Assembly (NCBI GenBank): GCA_040390065.1
Contig: JAZJZE010000009.1
Coordinates: 474,930-538,929 of the forward strand
Direction of reading: 5' to 3'
DNA from: a bacterium
Lineage (GTDB): Archaea; Thermoplasmatota; E2; JACPAO01; JAHFTW01
DNA: 64,000 nt
In this document: positions 1-10,761 of the stretch, one piece after another
Layout: each line of letters starts with the position of its first letter
How positions within the stretch are numbered: position 1 is the first letter of the stretch
Notes under the pieces: model-generated
Told to the model about the DNA's origin: nothing
The model's database searches: none
The model's input: only the letters and a program-made list of their open reading frames with translations
Position numbers and translations under genes: made by a program

Positions 1-756
1 CTCCTGTACTACGATGGCGCCAACCTCAACGCCATCACGGGCCAGGTTCGCCCCGGCGACATGGGCTTTGACATCGTGCACATCAACCTGCACAAGACGT
101 TCGCCGTCCCGCACGGCGGCGGCGGACCCGGTGCAGGTCCCATCGGCGTGAAGAGGCGGCTCGAACCGTTCCTGCCGGTGCCGCGCATCGGCAAGACCTC
201 GGCGGGGACGTTCGACGCAGAGGGCATGGACCGGCACCCGCAATCCGTCGGCAAGATCAAGGCCTCCTACGGCCAGTCGGCCGCCCTCGTGCGGGCCTAC
301 ACCTACATGTGCCTGCTCGGTGGCGACGGCATCACTCGTGCAAGCGAGATGGCGTGCCTGAACGCGAACTACGTGAAAGGCCAACTCAAGGGCGTCCTCG
401 ACTTCCCCCACCCCGGCCGCAGCATGCATGAATTCGTCGCGTCCGCCACGGGCCTGAAGAAGCGCACCGGCATCACGGCCGGCGACATCGGCAAGCGCCT
501 CCTCGACTACGGCCAGCATGCCCCGACCGTCTACTTCCCCCTCCTCGTGCCCGAGGCCATCATGTTCGAGCCGACGGAATCGGCGAGCAAGCAGGAGCTC
601 GACCGTTTCGTGGCCAACATCAAGGCCATCGCCGCCGAGGATCCGGCACTGGTGCATGCGGCGCCGCACACGACGCCAGTCAAGCGCTTGGACGAGGCGA
701 CGGCCGCGAGGAAACTGGTGCTGCGCTGGCATACATTGGACCGGCTGGAAGGGTAG
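1..756 (+). CDS. gcvPB: Glycine dehydrogenase (decarboxylating) subunit 2, 5'-truncated by window edge
   Basis: Frame open from base 1 (LLYYDGANLNAI); PLP-lysine motif HINLHKTFAVPHGGGGPGAGP; DIGKRLLDYG; EPTES. Confidence 0.95.
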   Translation, partial: LLYYDGANLNAITGQVRPGDMGFDIVHINLHKTFAVPHGGGGPGAGPIGVKRRLEPFLPVPRIGKTSAGTFDAEGMDRHPQSVGKIKASYGQSAALVRAYTYMCLLGGDGITRASEMACLNANYVKGQLKGVLDFPHPGRSMHEFVASATGLKKRTGITAGDIGKRLLDYGQHAPTVYFPLLVPEAIMFEPTESASKQELDRFVANIKAIAAEDPALVHAAPHTTPVKRLDEATAARKLVLRWHTLDRLEG

Positions 757-876
757 CCGCCCAAGAACCACCGATGACGCGGATGCGGCCGATGGACCGT
801 CATCCCCCTCATCGTCGCTCCGACTCGGGCGCGCGGCGCAACGTCCAAGAGCATCCGCGTCTAGCACGACAGGCCG

Positions 877-2040
877 ATGGCCCAAAGCGAGCGTCTCCGC
901 GTGGGCCTCATCGTGAATCCCGTCTCCGGACTGGGGGGGCCCGGCGCCTTCAAGGGGTCCGACCTCAACTGGAAGGACGCACTGGCGGCGGGCTATGCCC
1001 CGACGGCGCCGGAGCGGGCCAAGCGCTTCGTGGGTCTCGTCGGCGACGCGGTCGAGTGGTGGACCGTGCCAGGCGTGATGGGCCACGAAGAAGCGCCCGC
1101 TGGCAAGGTCGTGCTTGCCGATGCGTCGCTGGAACTCGGAAAGACGAGCCGTACGGACACGGAGCGCGCCGCCACCGCCCTGCGCGACGCCGGCGTGCAA
1201 CTGCTGTGCTTCGTGGGCGGTGATGGCACCGCAGCCGACGTGAGCCGCGCCGTGAACGACACGGTGCCCTGCCTCGGTGTGCCCGCAGGCGTGAAGGTGA
1301 CGAGCGCAGTGTACACGCACGACGTCGAAGAGGCCGCATGGCTCGTGAAACAGCTCCGCCCCGGATTCGAGACCATCGCGCGTGACGTCACGGACCTCGA
1401 CGAAGCGGCCTACCGGACGGGTCACGTCGACATCGAATTGAAGGGCATGCTGAAGGTGCCGATGTCCCCGGCCGTGCAGGCGGGAAAGGTGGCCACCTCG
1501 TCGGACACGCCGATGGAGCCCCTCGTGGAACAGACCCTCAACGACTGGGACCAGGCCGCCCTCAACCTCGTCGGCGCGGGGTCCGTCTGCCTGGCATTGA
1601 AGAAGCAGTTCTGGGGCACGCCCACACTCCTGGGCGTGGACGCGATCCAAGGGACGCGCATCGTCGCAAACGACCTGTCGGACCGCCGCATCGGCGAACT
1701 CGTGGCAGCGCAACAGGCCAAGGGCGGCGCCGTGCGCATCTACCTGAGCACCATTGGCGGCCAAGGCATGCTTCTCGGGCGAGGCACGCAAGTGTTCCGC
1801 CCAGAGGTGCTGCGCGTCGTCGGCTGGGACAACCTGCGCGTCGTTGCGCCGCCCGAAAAACTGGTGGGGCTCAAGGGCCTGCACATCGACTCCGGCGACC
1901 CCGAACTCGACGCCACGGCGCCGAAGCACATCCGCGTCGTCACCGGCTGGAACGAGTTCCGCATGGTGCGCCTCCTGCACGGCGCCCCGACGGCGGAGAA
2001 CGGCAACGGCCACGCCGCACCTCCCACGAAGCCCGGCTGA
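877..2040 (+). CDS. ATP-NAD/AcoX kinase-family protein
   Basis: IVNPVSGLGG, GGDGT and STIGGQGMLLGRGTQ motifs. Confidence 0.75.
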   Translation: MAQSERLRVGLIVNPVSGLGGPGAFKGSDLNWKDALAAGYAPTAPERAKRFVGLVGDAVEWWTVPGVMGHEEAPAGKVVLADASLELGKTSRTDTERAATALRDAGVQLLCFVGGDGTAADVSRAVNDTVPCLGVPAGVKVTSAVYTHDVEEAAWLVKQLRPGFETIARDVTDLDEAAYRTGHVDIELKGMLKVPMSPAVQAGKVATSSDTPMEPLVEQTLNDWDQAALNLVGAGSVCLALKKQFWGTPTLLGVDAIQGTRIVANDLSDRRIGELVAAQQAKGGAVRIYLSTIGGQGMLLGRGTQVFRPEVLRVVGWDNLRVVAPPEKLVGLKGLHIDSGDPELDATAPKHIRVVTGWNEFRMVRLLHGAPTAENGNGHAAPPTKPG

Positions 2041-2083
2041 CCGGCACAGTGCCCCTCAAGAACCGGCATCCGCTCACGATGGC

Positions 2084-3010
2084 GTGGCCGACGGCGACGC
2101 ACCGACCCCTGCGCCGGCGCAGCCGAACATCGACGATGTGGAGCGCAAGTCAGGTTCCAAGATTGACGACCTTGCCAAGGCTCTCCTGAAGTACCGCGTC
2201 GTTCGCGGCCCCGCCCGCCGCCTGGCCAACAGCAAAGCCGCATGGGCGGTCGTGTCCAGGATCGACCGCGTCCGTGCCCGGCGCGCCGTGACCCGCATCC
2301 GGACGGCCGCGGTGCCGCACCACGTCGGCATCATCATGGACGGCAACCGCCGCTTTGCCAAGCAACTCGGCTTGGACGACATCCGCATGGGCCACGTAGC
2401 GGGGCAGGAACGCCTGGAGAACGTCCTCGACTGGTGCCTGGAACTCGGCATCAAGGTCCTCACGGTCTACGCCTTCTCCACCGAGAATTTCCAACGCGCC
2501 GACGCCGAGCGGGACCTTCTCATGGAATTGTTCGAGCACAATTTCCGCAAGATGGCGGTCGACCCCCGCGTCCACAAGAACAAGATCCGCGTGCGCTGCA
2601 TCGGCGACATGTCCCTCGTTCCGCACAACGTGCGGCGCGCGGCCGAAGACGTGATGGCGGCGACCCGCGCCTACGACGCGTACACGTTCAACGTCGCCAT
2701 CGCCTACGGCGGCCGCGCCGAGATCGTCGAGGCGGTGCGCACCATCGCGACGGATGTGCGGGCCGGCAAACTGGCCGTCGACGACATCACGGACCGCACG
2801 ATTAGCGAACGCCTCTATACGGGTGACTTGCCGGACCCGGACTTCATCATCCGCACCTCCGGAGAGGAGCGCATCAGCAACTTCCTGCTCTGGCAGTTGG
2901 CGTACGCGGAGTTGTACTTCGCCGACGTCTACTGGCCGGGCTTGAACCGCCTGGAATTCATGCGTGCCATCGAGGAGTACCAGAAACGCAAGCGGCGCTT
3001 CGGAAGTTGA
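2084..3010 (+). CDS. uppS: cis-prenyltransferase (polyprenyl diphosphate synthase)
   Basis: HVGIIMDGNRR, YAFSTENF, AIAYGGR, RTSGEERISNFLLWQ; GTG start at 2084 inferred. Confidence 0.93.
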   Translation: MADGDAPTPAPAQPNIDDVERKSGSKIDDLAKALLKYRVVRGPARRLANSKAAWAVVSRIDRVRARRAVTRIRTAAVPHHVGIIMDGNRRFAKQLGLDDIRMGHVAGQERLENVLDWCLELGIKVLTVYAFSTENFQRADAERDLLMELFEHNFRKMAVDPRVHKNKIRVRCIGDMSLVPHNVRRAAEDVMAATRAYDAYTFNVAIAYGGRAEIVEAVRTIATDVRAGKLAVDDITDRTISERLYTGDLPDPDFIIRTSGEERISNFLLWQLAYAELYFADVYWPGLNRLEFMRAIEEYQKRKRRFGS

Positions 3011-3012
3011 GC

Positions 3013-4368
3013 CTAGAGGTCGTTGCGTGGCGGCCGGGGCCGTGCAGGTCTGGCAACCGGTGCCTTCGGCTCGGCGAACTGCGCATGCTCGGTGGAACCC
3101 GGCAAGGCGACCGCCGACGAGTCGCCGGGGGCGATGACGCGGGCGACTTCGTCGAACCAACCGGCGCCGACCTCCTTTTGGTGGGCGAAGCCCTTGTACC
3201 CAGAGGCGGCCAGGGCCTTCTCGTCGCGCTGCAGTTTGACGTACGCCGTCATGCCATCGCGCACGTAGCCCGATGCCAGGCCGTACACCGCGGCATTCAT
3301 GGCATGGAAGCCGGCAAGGGTCACGAACTGGAATCGGTACCCGAGTTCCGCCAGGGCGGGCTGGAATTCGGCGATCTCGGCGGCGTCGAGGTGCTCCTCC
3401 CAATGGAACGACGGGCTGCAGTTGTAAGCCAGGAGCTTGCCCGGATGCTCTTGGTGGATGGCATTGGCAAAACGCTTCGCCTCCTCGATGTCCGGTTCGT
3501 TCGTCTCGAACCACAACATTTCGGCGTAGGGGGCGTAGGCCAGCCCGCGGTGGATGGCGGCATCCAGGCCCGGTCGGGTCTCGAACAGGCCTTCGCGCGT
3601 CCGCCGCCCAGTGAGAAACGCCTGGTCGCGCGTGTCCGTGTCCGATGACACGAAGTTTGCCGCGTGCGCATCGGTACGTGCGATGAGAAGCGACGGCACG
3701 CCCATGACGTCGGCCGCAAGCCGCGCCGCCCGCAGCGTTCGCACGTGCTGCAAGGTTGGCACGAGGACCTTGCCGCCGAGGTGGCCGCACTTGCGCGACG
3801 ACGACAACTGGTCCTCGTAGTGCGCCGCGGCGGCGCCCGCTTCGATTAGGTGCTGCATGAGCGTGAAGGCGTTGAGGGGGCCGCCGAAGCCGGCCTCCGC
3901 GTCGGCGACGATGGGCGCCAGCCAATCCGTGGACGGCATGCCGTGCGCCGACTCGATCTGGTCCGCGCGCAGAAGGGCCTTGTTGATGCGCTCGACGAGA
4001 GCGGGAACGCTGCTGACGGAGTACAGTCCGAGGTCAGGATACGTCTCGCCGTCGAGGTTGTTGTCGGCCGCAACCTGCCAACCCGACAGGTAGATGGCTG
4101 GGGCGCCGGCGCGCACCATCTGGACGGCTTGGCTCCCCGTGAGGGCGCCAAGAGCAGGCACGAAGGACGACGTGGTGAGGAGGTCCCAGAGCCGCGTCGC
4201 GCCGCGCCTGGCCAGCGTGTGCTCGATCTGCACGCTGCCGCGCAGGCGGACGACGTCTTGCGCCGTGTAGTCACGACGCAGGCCTTCCCAGCGGGGGTCG
4301 GAGGCCCATGACTCCTGCAAGGCTTGAGCCTCCTCGTCGGCCGGTGTGCCCGGCGTCGGCGGCGTCAT
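3013..4368 (-). CDS. aceA: Isocitrate lyase
   Basis: [51 protein letters not shown]. Confidence 0.95.
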   Translation of the reverse strand: MTPPTPGTPADEEAQALQESWASDPRWEGLRRDYTAQDVVRLRGSVQIEHTLARRGATRLWDLLTTSSFVPALGALTGSQAVQMVRAGAPAIYLSGWQVAADNNLDGETYPDLGLYSVSSVPALVERINKALLRADQIESAHGMPSTDWLAPIVADAEAGFGGPLNAFTLMQHLIEAGAAAAHYEDQLSSSRKCGHLGGKVLVPTLQHVRTLRAARLAADVMGVPSLLIARTDAHAANFVSSDTDTRDQAFLTGRRTREGLFETRPGLDAAIHRGLAYAPYAEMLWFETNEPDIEEAKRFANAIHQEHPGKLLAYNCSPSFHWEEHLDAAEIAEFQPALAELGYRFQFVTLAGFHAMNAAVYGLASGYVRDGMTAYVKLQRDEKALAASGYKGFAHQKEVGAGWFDEVARVIAPGDSSAVALPGSTEHAQFAEPKAPVARPARPRPPRNDL

Positions 4369-5978
4369 GGGGCATCCTCCTTCAGCAAGCCCATGCCGGG
4401 AATGGTCAGGAACTCGACGAACGGGTCCTGCAAGGCGACGAGGTCGAAGAAGGAGCGGGCCGCGTCGAGATGCGCCCGGGCCGCCGGTGCAAGCGAATCA
4501 TCGGCGCGCAACGCCATCAATTGGTCGCGAGCGACGGCGCGCACGAGGTCAGCCGTGACGGTCCGCGCGTCCTCGAGGACGACGCCCTGATGCACCCATT
4601 GCCAGACTTGCGCTCGTGCAATCTCGGCTGTCGCCGTGTCCTCCATGAGGGAATCGATGGCGACGGCGCCCGTCCCAGCAAGCCAGGAGGCAAGATACGC
4701 GATGGCGACGCGAACGTTGGACTGCAGCCCCGCTTGCGTGACGGCGCCGCTTGGGACTTGGACGCACAGCAGGTCCGGGGCGCCGATGCGTGCGTCGCCG
4801 TGCACGTGCAACTGGTTCGTGCGCTCGGCCATGTGGGTCCGGAACGTCTCGAGCGCCACGGGGACGAGGTCGGGGTGCGCGACCCATGTGCCGTCGAATC
4901 CCTGGCCGGCTTCTCGCACCTTGTCCTCGCGCACCTTGGCCAAGGCGAGTTCGTTGCGGGCCGGGTCCTTGCGGCTCGGGACGTAGGCGGCCATGCCCCC
5001 GATGGCGTAGGCGCCGCGGCGGTGGCACGTCTGCACCAAGAGTTGCGTGTAGGCCCACATGAACGGCTGCGTCATGGTCAGGTCGGCGCGGTCGGGCAGG
5101 ACGAAGCCAGGACGCGCCCGCAGCGTCTTGAGGGCACTGAACAGGTAGTCCCAGCGCCCGGCGTTGAGGGCCGGCGAACGCTCGCGAAGCTCGTAGAGGA
5201 TCTCGTCCATCTCGAGGGCGGCCGGAAGGGTCTCGATGAGGACGGTCGTGCGCACGGCGTTGCGGGGCAAGCCAAGCGACTCCTCGGCTGCCGTCAAGAT
5301 GTCGTGCCACAGCCTGGCCTCGACGTGGCTCTCCATCTTGGGAAGGTACAGGTACGGCCCGGAGCCGTGGAAGAGGAGGGCCTGGGCGTTGTGGAAGATG
5401 AAGAGTCCCGCATCGAACAGGCTGGCCGATATGGGCCGGCCGCCCACGGCGACGCGGGGTTCATCCAAGTGCCAGCCGCGAGGGCGCACGACGAGGGTTG
5501 CATGGTGCGGCGCCAACGTGCGAGGAGCACCGCCGGACGTCGGGGCGGCAATCGTTCCGCGCACCACGTCCATGAGGTTGGCTTGGCCTTCCAGCAGATT
5601 GCGCCACGTCGGGACCGTTGCGTCCTCGAAGTCGGCCATGTAGACTTGCGCTCCCGAATTGAGCGCATGCAGCATCATGCGGCGGTCCGTTGGGCCCGTA
5701 ATCTCGACGCACCGGTCCACCAGGTCCGGCGGGGGCGGGGTGACGCGCCACGAGGCCTCGCGGATCGGACGCGTCGCCTCAAGTTGGGCAAGTGGCGCGC
5801 CGGCATCGATGGCGGCTTGGCGCTCGCGGCGCAGGCGCAGGACGGCCTGGCGGCGCGCTTCGAAGCGCTCGTGCAGGCCCACGAGGAAGCGCAGGGCCTC
5901 CGGTGACAGCAGGTGCCGCGGCAGGTCGGCGGGGACGGGCTTGACCAGGATTTCGGGAGCGACGGCGATGGACTTCAT
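4365..5978 (-). CDS. aceB: Malate synthase A
   Basis: [48 protein letters not shown]; GGAGG RBS upstream of ATG 5978; 4-nt overlap with aceA. Confidence 0.95.
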   Translation of the reverse strand: MKSIAVAPEILVKPVPADLPRHLLSPEALRFLVGLHERFEARRQAVLRLRRERQAAIDAGAPLAQLEATRPIREASWRVTPPPPDLVDRCVEITGPTDRRMMLHALNSGAQVYMADFEDATVPTWRNLLEGQANLMDVVRGTIAAPTSGGAPRTLAPHHATLVVRPRGWHLDEPRVAVGGRPISASLFDAGLFIFHNAQALLFHGSGPYLYLPKMESHVEARLWHDILTAAEESLGLPRNAVRTTVLIETLPAALEMDEILYELRERSPALNAGRWDYLFSALKTLRARPGFVLPDRADLTMTQPFMWAYTQLLVQTCHRRGAYAIGGMAAYVPSRKDPARNELALAKVREDKVREAGQGFDGTWVAHPDLVPVALETFRTHMAERTNQLHVHGDARIGAPDLLCVQVPSGAVTQAGLQSNVRVAIAYLASWLAGTGAVAIDSLMEDTATAEIARAQVWQWVHQGVVLEDARTVTADLVRAVARDQLMALRADDSLAPAARAHLDAARSFFDLVALQDPFVEFLTIPGMGLLKEDAP

Positions 5979-6075
5979 GGGCATGACCTCCGGTGGGGGG
6001 AAGGGTTGCTCCAGCCGCGGTTCGCCTTGGGGGCGGTCGTGGCCGTGCGGATGGGTTTTCCTCTTGGGGCGGACC

Positions 6076-6096
6076 GTATAAGTGGTTGTCGTACAA
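6076..6096 (-). promoter_or_regulatory. Putative TATA box of aceBA with adjacent TTGT-N3-ACAA palindrome
   Basis: CTTATAC on minus strand at 6076-6082; TTGTCGTACAA at 6086-6096. Confidence 0.35.
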
Positions 6097-6164
6097 GGTT
6101 CGAAGTTGCCGCGGCCGCAAAGTCGCGCCGCCTGCAACATGGACACGCATGACGAACAGGGACA

Positions 6165-7826
6165 CTACGTCCGTGTGTACGCCGCCGTCGTGCCCCAGTG
6201 GCCGACCTCGTGCCATGACGAGAGGAAGCCCGTCGGCAGGCCAGCGGCCGTCGTGTACTTGTCGACGAGGACGACCATGTGGGGATGTTGCCGTAACTCG
6301 TAGTCGCGCACGGTTGGGTCCTGGAAGAAGCCTGGATTGAATTGCGCGTCGCCCGCCGTGAAGGCACGGTAGCCGGTGCGCGCCTGCCACGATCCCGCGA
6401 GCACGTAGTCGGTGCCCCGGTCATGCAGGGCGCCCCACGCCTGCAGGTCATCGCTCTCGTAGATGCGGTACCACGGCGCCGTGGCCATGGCGGTGGGCAC
6501 GGTGAGGGCCAGAGTGAGGGCGACGACGCCGACTGCCAAGCCGGCGCGGGCGCTGCGCTTCGAGTTCGAGGCCATGGCAAAGAGTTCGGCCACGGGTAGG
6601 GCAGCCAGCATCGCAAGCGGGATGGCAAGGTACGCGACGGTGCGGTGCGGGATGTACCAGATGCCGAACCAGTCGACGAGGACGAATGGCAGCATGAACA
6701 GGGCCAAGCCAAGCGCCAGCAGGGAGAACCGGCTGCGGCGCACAATCGCCAGGGCGGCCCCGACGCCGCCAAGCAACAACGCAGGCACCGTCAGCATCGC
6801 AGGGAGGTCGACGAACACCGGAAGCGGGTTGATGGACGAAGGATGGGATGCCAACTGCGCAAGCCGCCCAAACCCGCGCCCGACGACGAGGTCGGCCATG
6901 GCGGGGACGGCGAGAGAGACCAAGCACACCGCAGCGAAGCCGCACGCGGCCAGCACCAGCCGGGTCCGCCACGCGGGCAGGCGGCGCCAGAGCACACAGA
7001 GGGTGAACACGGCCATTGGCAGCAGCAGAAGGGCAACGAGCCACGGGTGCACGACGAGGACGACGGCGCCAAGGACGCCGGCCGTGACGAGCGCGCGCCG
7101 CGAGCCGTCCGCTGCCATGAGGACGGCGAGCAGGAGCCACGGCAGGATTCCTAGGTCGACGGCCGTGGGGAAGAGGATGTCCGTGCGGCGAATCGTCTCG
7201 GGCATGACGGCAAGCAGGGCGGCCGCCGTCAAGGCGCCGGCCGGATGCACGTAGCGGCGGCACAGGACGAACGCGCCGACCACCATGGAGACGCCGAAGA
7301 GCGACGGCAGGAAACGGGCTGCGGCGTAGAACACCGACGGGCCTGCCAAGGCGAAGGGAGCGAGCATGATCTGCAGGCCGGGGGGATAGCTGAAGGAGAA
7401 CTTGCCCTGGAGCAGGTCCCAGGTACGTTCCATGTGGCGGTACGGGTCCTCGGCGCCCATCACGGGGCTGGAGGTCGCATCGACGAGACGCAGCATGAGG
7501 GCCAGCCCAGCGAGGCCCGCCAGCATGAGCCAATGGACCCAACTGGTTCCATCCCCCACCCCGGTGGCCGTCGGATGGGCGGCCATGGGAGTCGCGTGGG
7601 CCATGCTGCCATCGGACATCGGGGCTGGCTGCCTCGTGCCGGCGGTGGGGAAGCTCGCCCCATCCATCGCGGGCGTGGGGGGGTGATGCAGGCCGGACGG
7701 CGCCGGGCGCGTGGCGACGGGCATCGGGGGTGATGAGGCGGGCCTGGCCGGCGAAGCATTTGGCATCGCGGCAGAGACCATTGCAGGTGCGGACGGCTTC
7801 GGTGTGTTGGGCAGTTGGGTGGTCAT
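6165..7826 (-). CDS. Polytopic membrane glycosyltransferase, GT-C-like, with Pro/Ala/Met-rich N-terminal tail
   Basis: About 12 hydrophobic segments; EDPYRH and YPPG in the first loop; ATGA-coupled to the GT2 gene. Confidence 0.6.
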   Translation of the reverse strand: MTTQLPNTPKPSAPAMVSAAMPNASPARPASSPPMPVATRPAPSGLHHPPTPAMDGASFPTAGTRQPAPMSDGSMAHATPMAAHPTATGVGDGTSWVHWLMLAGLAGLALMLRLVDATSSPVMGAEDPYRHMERTWDLLQGKFSFSYPPGLQIMLAPFALAGPSVFYAAARFLPSLFGVSMVVGAFVLCRRYVHPAGALTAAALLAVMPETIRRTDILFPTAVDLGILPWLLLAVLMAADGSRRALVTAGVLGAVVLVVHPWLVALLLLPMAVFTLCVLWRRLPAWRTRLVLAACGFAAVCLVSLAVPAMADLVVGRGFGRLAQLASHPSSINPLPVFVDLPAMLTVPALLLGGVGAALAIVRRSRFSLLALGLALFMLPFVLVDWFGIWYIPHRTVAYLAIPLAMLAALPVAELFAMASNSKRSARAGLAVGVVALTLALTVPTAMATAPWYRIYESDDLQAWGALHDRGTDYVLAGSWQARTGYRAFTAGDAQFNPGFFQDPTVRDYELRQHPHMVVLVDKYTTAAGLPTGFLSSWHEVGHWGTTAAYTRT

Positions 7827-10240
7827 GCATGCACTTCCTGGGGCGGGCTATCTTGGACGAGGAACTCGACTTCGTCGGCGCCGACTGGCAGCGTCGGGGA
7901 CACGGCACCGGCGGCGAGGACGGGTGCGCCGTCTTGCGGGCGCGTGCTGACGAAGGACTTGTAGGCGTAGAGGGGCGCTGCGCTGAACAGGAGTGCGTAG
8001 TAGACCAGCCAGAAGCCAAGCAGCAGATGGCCGACGGCGAGGGCGGCCCCGTGCGGCTCGTTGCCTGTGGCGCTGCGCACCGCGACGGCAACGCACGTCA
8101 GCAGGAGGAGGATCGCCATGACGGATTCGAAGATGGTGATGCGGAGGGCGCGTCGGAACGCCTCGCCGCGGCGCATGGCGTAGGTGGGCGCCTTCGGTGT
8201 GCGCAGGAACGGGATGGAGAACCCAAGAAACGCCTTGAGGGCGGCGCGCGTGTTGGAGAACTTGACGGAGAACCACATGCCCAGGATGCGCAGCGTTCCG
8301 CCGAAGCCGAGGTTGATGCTGCGGCGCAGGACGAAGTGCACGCGCGTCAGCCCATCCAGCAGCAAGAACAAAGGGACGAGGCCGACCAGCATGACCTCGT
8401 CCGTGTGGTGGGTGACGATCTCGAGGCCTGCGGCGTCGGCCACGCCCATGCCCAGCACGAACAGTGAGATGGCGAAGATGAAGGCCCCCTCGAACCAGTT
8501 GAGGTTGCCCACGAGGTAATCCAGGCGCTGGCGGAAGGTGAACCGGCCGAACAGGAACCGTAGGCCGTGGCCTCGCAGGATGCGGCCGCCGCCGAATGCC
8601 CAACGGTAGTGCTGGCGCTTGTAGCCCTCGAACGTCGGCGGAATGAGGCCGCGGCCGTAGGTCTTGTTGACGTAGAGCGAACGCCAGCCTGCGTTCAGTA
8701 GCCGGACCGACAGTTCGGCGTCCTCCGTGATGTACTTCTCGCCCCAGCCGCCCACCTCCTGGACGGCCCGCTTGCGCAGCATCCCCATCGTGCCGCAGAA
8801 GATGATCGAGTTCTCCTCGTTGCGGCTCGGCAGGATCGTGCGATAGAAGTATGCATCAGCAAGATAGTATTGCTCCGTAAGGAACGACTGGTGGCGGTTG
8901 CGGTAATCCTGCGGCGTCTGCAGCCAGCCGAGCTCCGGGTCGACGAAGAAGCCCACGGTGGCACGCAGGAATTCGGGCTCGACGTGGTAGTCGGCGTCGA
9001 CGACGGCGACGAGGTTGGCATCCGGCGGCGTCTGCCGCAGCAGCATGTTGAGCGCCCCGGCCTTGTAGCCGGAACGGTCGCGGCGGTGGAGGTAGGCAAC
9101 CCCGTGGCCCTTGCAGAAGGCACGCAGGGGATTGCGGCAGGCGTCGTCCGTGGAGTCGTCGCCCACCATGATGATGAAGCGGTCCTCCGGGTAGTCGAGG
9201 TCGAGCAGGCGTTGCAGTGTCCCGATGACGAGGTCCGGTGGTTCGTTGTAGGTGGGGACGTGGATCGCGACCTTGGGGAGGTAGTACGGCGAGAACATGG
9301 CCTCCTCGGTCGTGCGCCGCCAGTGCTTGCGGGCCGCGACGTCGATGGTGTAGAAGCTGTACAGCAGGACCATGAGGAGGCTGGCAAGCTCGGCGGCAAA
9401 GAGCGAGTCGGACAGCCAAGCCTGGTCCGGCGGCACGGCCGGCAGCGTGATCGAGGTCGTGTAGAGGATGTAGCCAAGGACCACGAAGAGAAGCGACACG
9501 ATCGTGAGGATGCCGTACAGCCGCCAGGCGTAGCGCGACAAGAGCGCCCCCGCGGCCGCGGCGATGCCGACGAAAAGGAACTCGGCCGGCGAGAACGAAT
9601 AGAGCGCCGTGGCCAGGTGCTCGACACCGTCCTGCGTGTTCGGGATGGAGGGATAGAAGATGATGACGAACGCGACGCAGAAAATGGTGAGGCCTGCGAG
9701 GGCACCGACCAGGCCGCCGGCGAGCATGCGGGCCCCGCGTCGAACCAGGGAGCCACCCGCCGCGTACAGGCCGATGACCGTGCCGGCGACCGCCCCGATG
9801 AGAAGGAACAGGAGGATGGGGTCGTGCCGGTCTGCCACTGCGGCGCGGGCATGCTCGAGGCCCTGGGTCAGGGTGGCAGGTTGGTGCCGGGCCAGCCACA
9901 AGCCGATGTAGCCGCCAAGCGAGACTCCGGCCCCGCAGGCCGTCGCGAGGGCGATGACGATGGTCCGGCCGATTCCGGTCATGATGCCGACCACGAGGCG
10001 GTTGCGTACGAGCAGGCCCGCGACGAGGAAGCCTGCCAAGCCGCCGACGAGGGTGAAATTGGCGGCGGCGCCCGCGAACAAGCCACGGGTGGACAAGTCG
10101 GCGAAACCCTCGGCCAGCGACTGCCCTGGATGTGTTGCCGCCCAGAACGCTGCAAAGCCCAGCGCACCGAGGGCGACTCCGATGACACCCCCGAAGGCCG
10201 CCACGAGGAGCGCGCCTGGTGGACGCGGTGCAGAAGTCAC
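7823..10240 (-). CDS. Processive GT2 beta-glycan synthase (NdvB/CesA-like)
   Basis: DDS, KAGALN, DADY, QTPQDY, FCG, TEDAEL, YGRGL, QHYRW (QxxRW); TM bundles at both ends; GTG start overlaps upstream TGA. Confidence 0.88.
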   Translation of the reverse strand: MTSAPRPPGALLVAAFGGVIGVALGALGFAAFWAATHPGQSLAEGFADLSTRGLFAGAAANFTLVGGLAGFLVAGLLVRNRLVVGIMTGIGRTIVIALATACGAGVSLGGYIGLWLARHQPATLTQGLEHARAAVADRHDPILLFLLIGAVAGTVIGLYAAGGSLVRRGARMLAGGLVGALAGLTIFCVAFVIIFYPSIPNTQDGVEHLATALYSFSPAEFLFVGIAAAAGALLSRYAWRLYGILTIVSLLFVVLGYILYTTSITLPAVPPDQAWLSDSLFAAELASLLMVLLYSFYTIDVAARKHWRRTTEEAMFSPYYLPKVAIHVPTYNEPPDLVIGTLQRLLDLDYPEDRFIIMVGDDSTDDACRNPLRAFCKGHGVAYLHRRDRSGYKAGALNMLLRQTPPDANLVAVVDADYHVEPEFLRATVGFFVDPELGWLQTPQDYRNRHQSFLTEQYYLADAYFYRTILPSRNEENSIIFCGTMGMLRKRAVQEVGGWGEKYITEDAELSVRLLNAGWRSLYVNKTYGRGLIPPTFEGYKRQHYRWAFGGGRILRGHGLRFLFGRFTFRQRLDYLVGNLNWFEGAFIFAISLFVLGMGVADAAGLEIVTHHTDEVMLVGLVPLFLLLDGLTRVHFVLRRSINLGFGGTLRILGMWFSVKFSNTRAALKAFLGFSIPFLRTPKAPTYAMRRGEAFRRALRITIFESVMAILLLLTCVAVAVRSATGNEPHGAALAVGHLLLGFWLVYYALLFSAAPLYAYKSFVSTRPQDGAPVLAAGAVSPTLPVGADEVEFLVQDSPPQEVHA

Positions 10241-10761
10241 ACGTCCACCTCGAAGTCGCACTCGGGCGCGCCGCGGCCATGGCACGCGATCTCGCGGACG
10301 GCGACGCGGGGACCGAAGACCTCGCGGAACGCCAACTCGACGCCACTGCGCTCACGCGAGCATTCCAAACCTCGCACACCGGCGGTGCAGCTTGCGCATC
10401 CGTACAGGCGCAGGTGCGTGAAGTGGTCGACGGAGCGCAGGAGCCGCGGCTCGCCGAGGTTCATCTCGATGACCCGCGCAAGAGCAAGGTCGACGGGGGG
10501 ATGCGTCGCCGACTGCATGTGCCGGCGCTTGCCCGTCGGGCGGGCCGGTCGGCGCGGCGGCGGCGCGCCCGCGATGGGTCGAAGCTCACGGCTGCCGGGC
10601 CGGGCAGCGCGGCCGGGCCTCTGGCTGCGTTCGGGGAAGAGGTTCTGCAGGACGACGAGAAGGATGATCAGCGACAGGATGGAGAGCCCGCCCACGAGCA
10701 GCAGGATGGCGGAATCGGCGGCCACCTTCTGGATGCCCGTGGGGAGGGCCAGCACCTGCAT
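10237..10761 (-). CDS. Membrane-anchored V4R-domain protein
   Basis: One N-terminal TM; CASC...C and VREIACHGRGAPECDFEV V4R-type Cys/Glu pattern; coupled to both neighbours. Confidence 0.7.
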   Translation of the reverse strand: MQVLALPTGIQKVAADSAILLLVGGLSILSLIILLVVLQNLFPERSQRPGRAARPGSRELRPIAGAPPPRRPARPTGKRRHMQSATHPPVDLALARVIEMNLGEPRLLRSVDHFTHLRLYGCASCTAGVRGLECSRERSGVELAFREVFGPRVAVREIACHGRGAPECDFEVDV

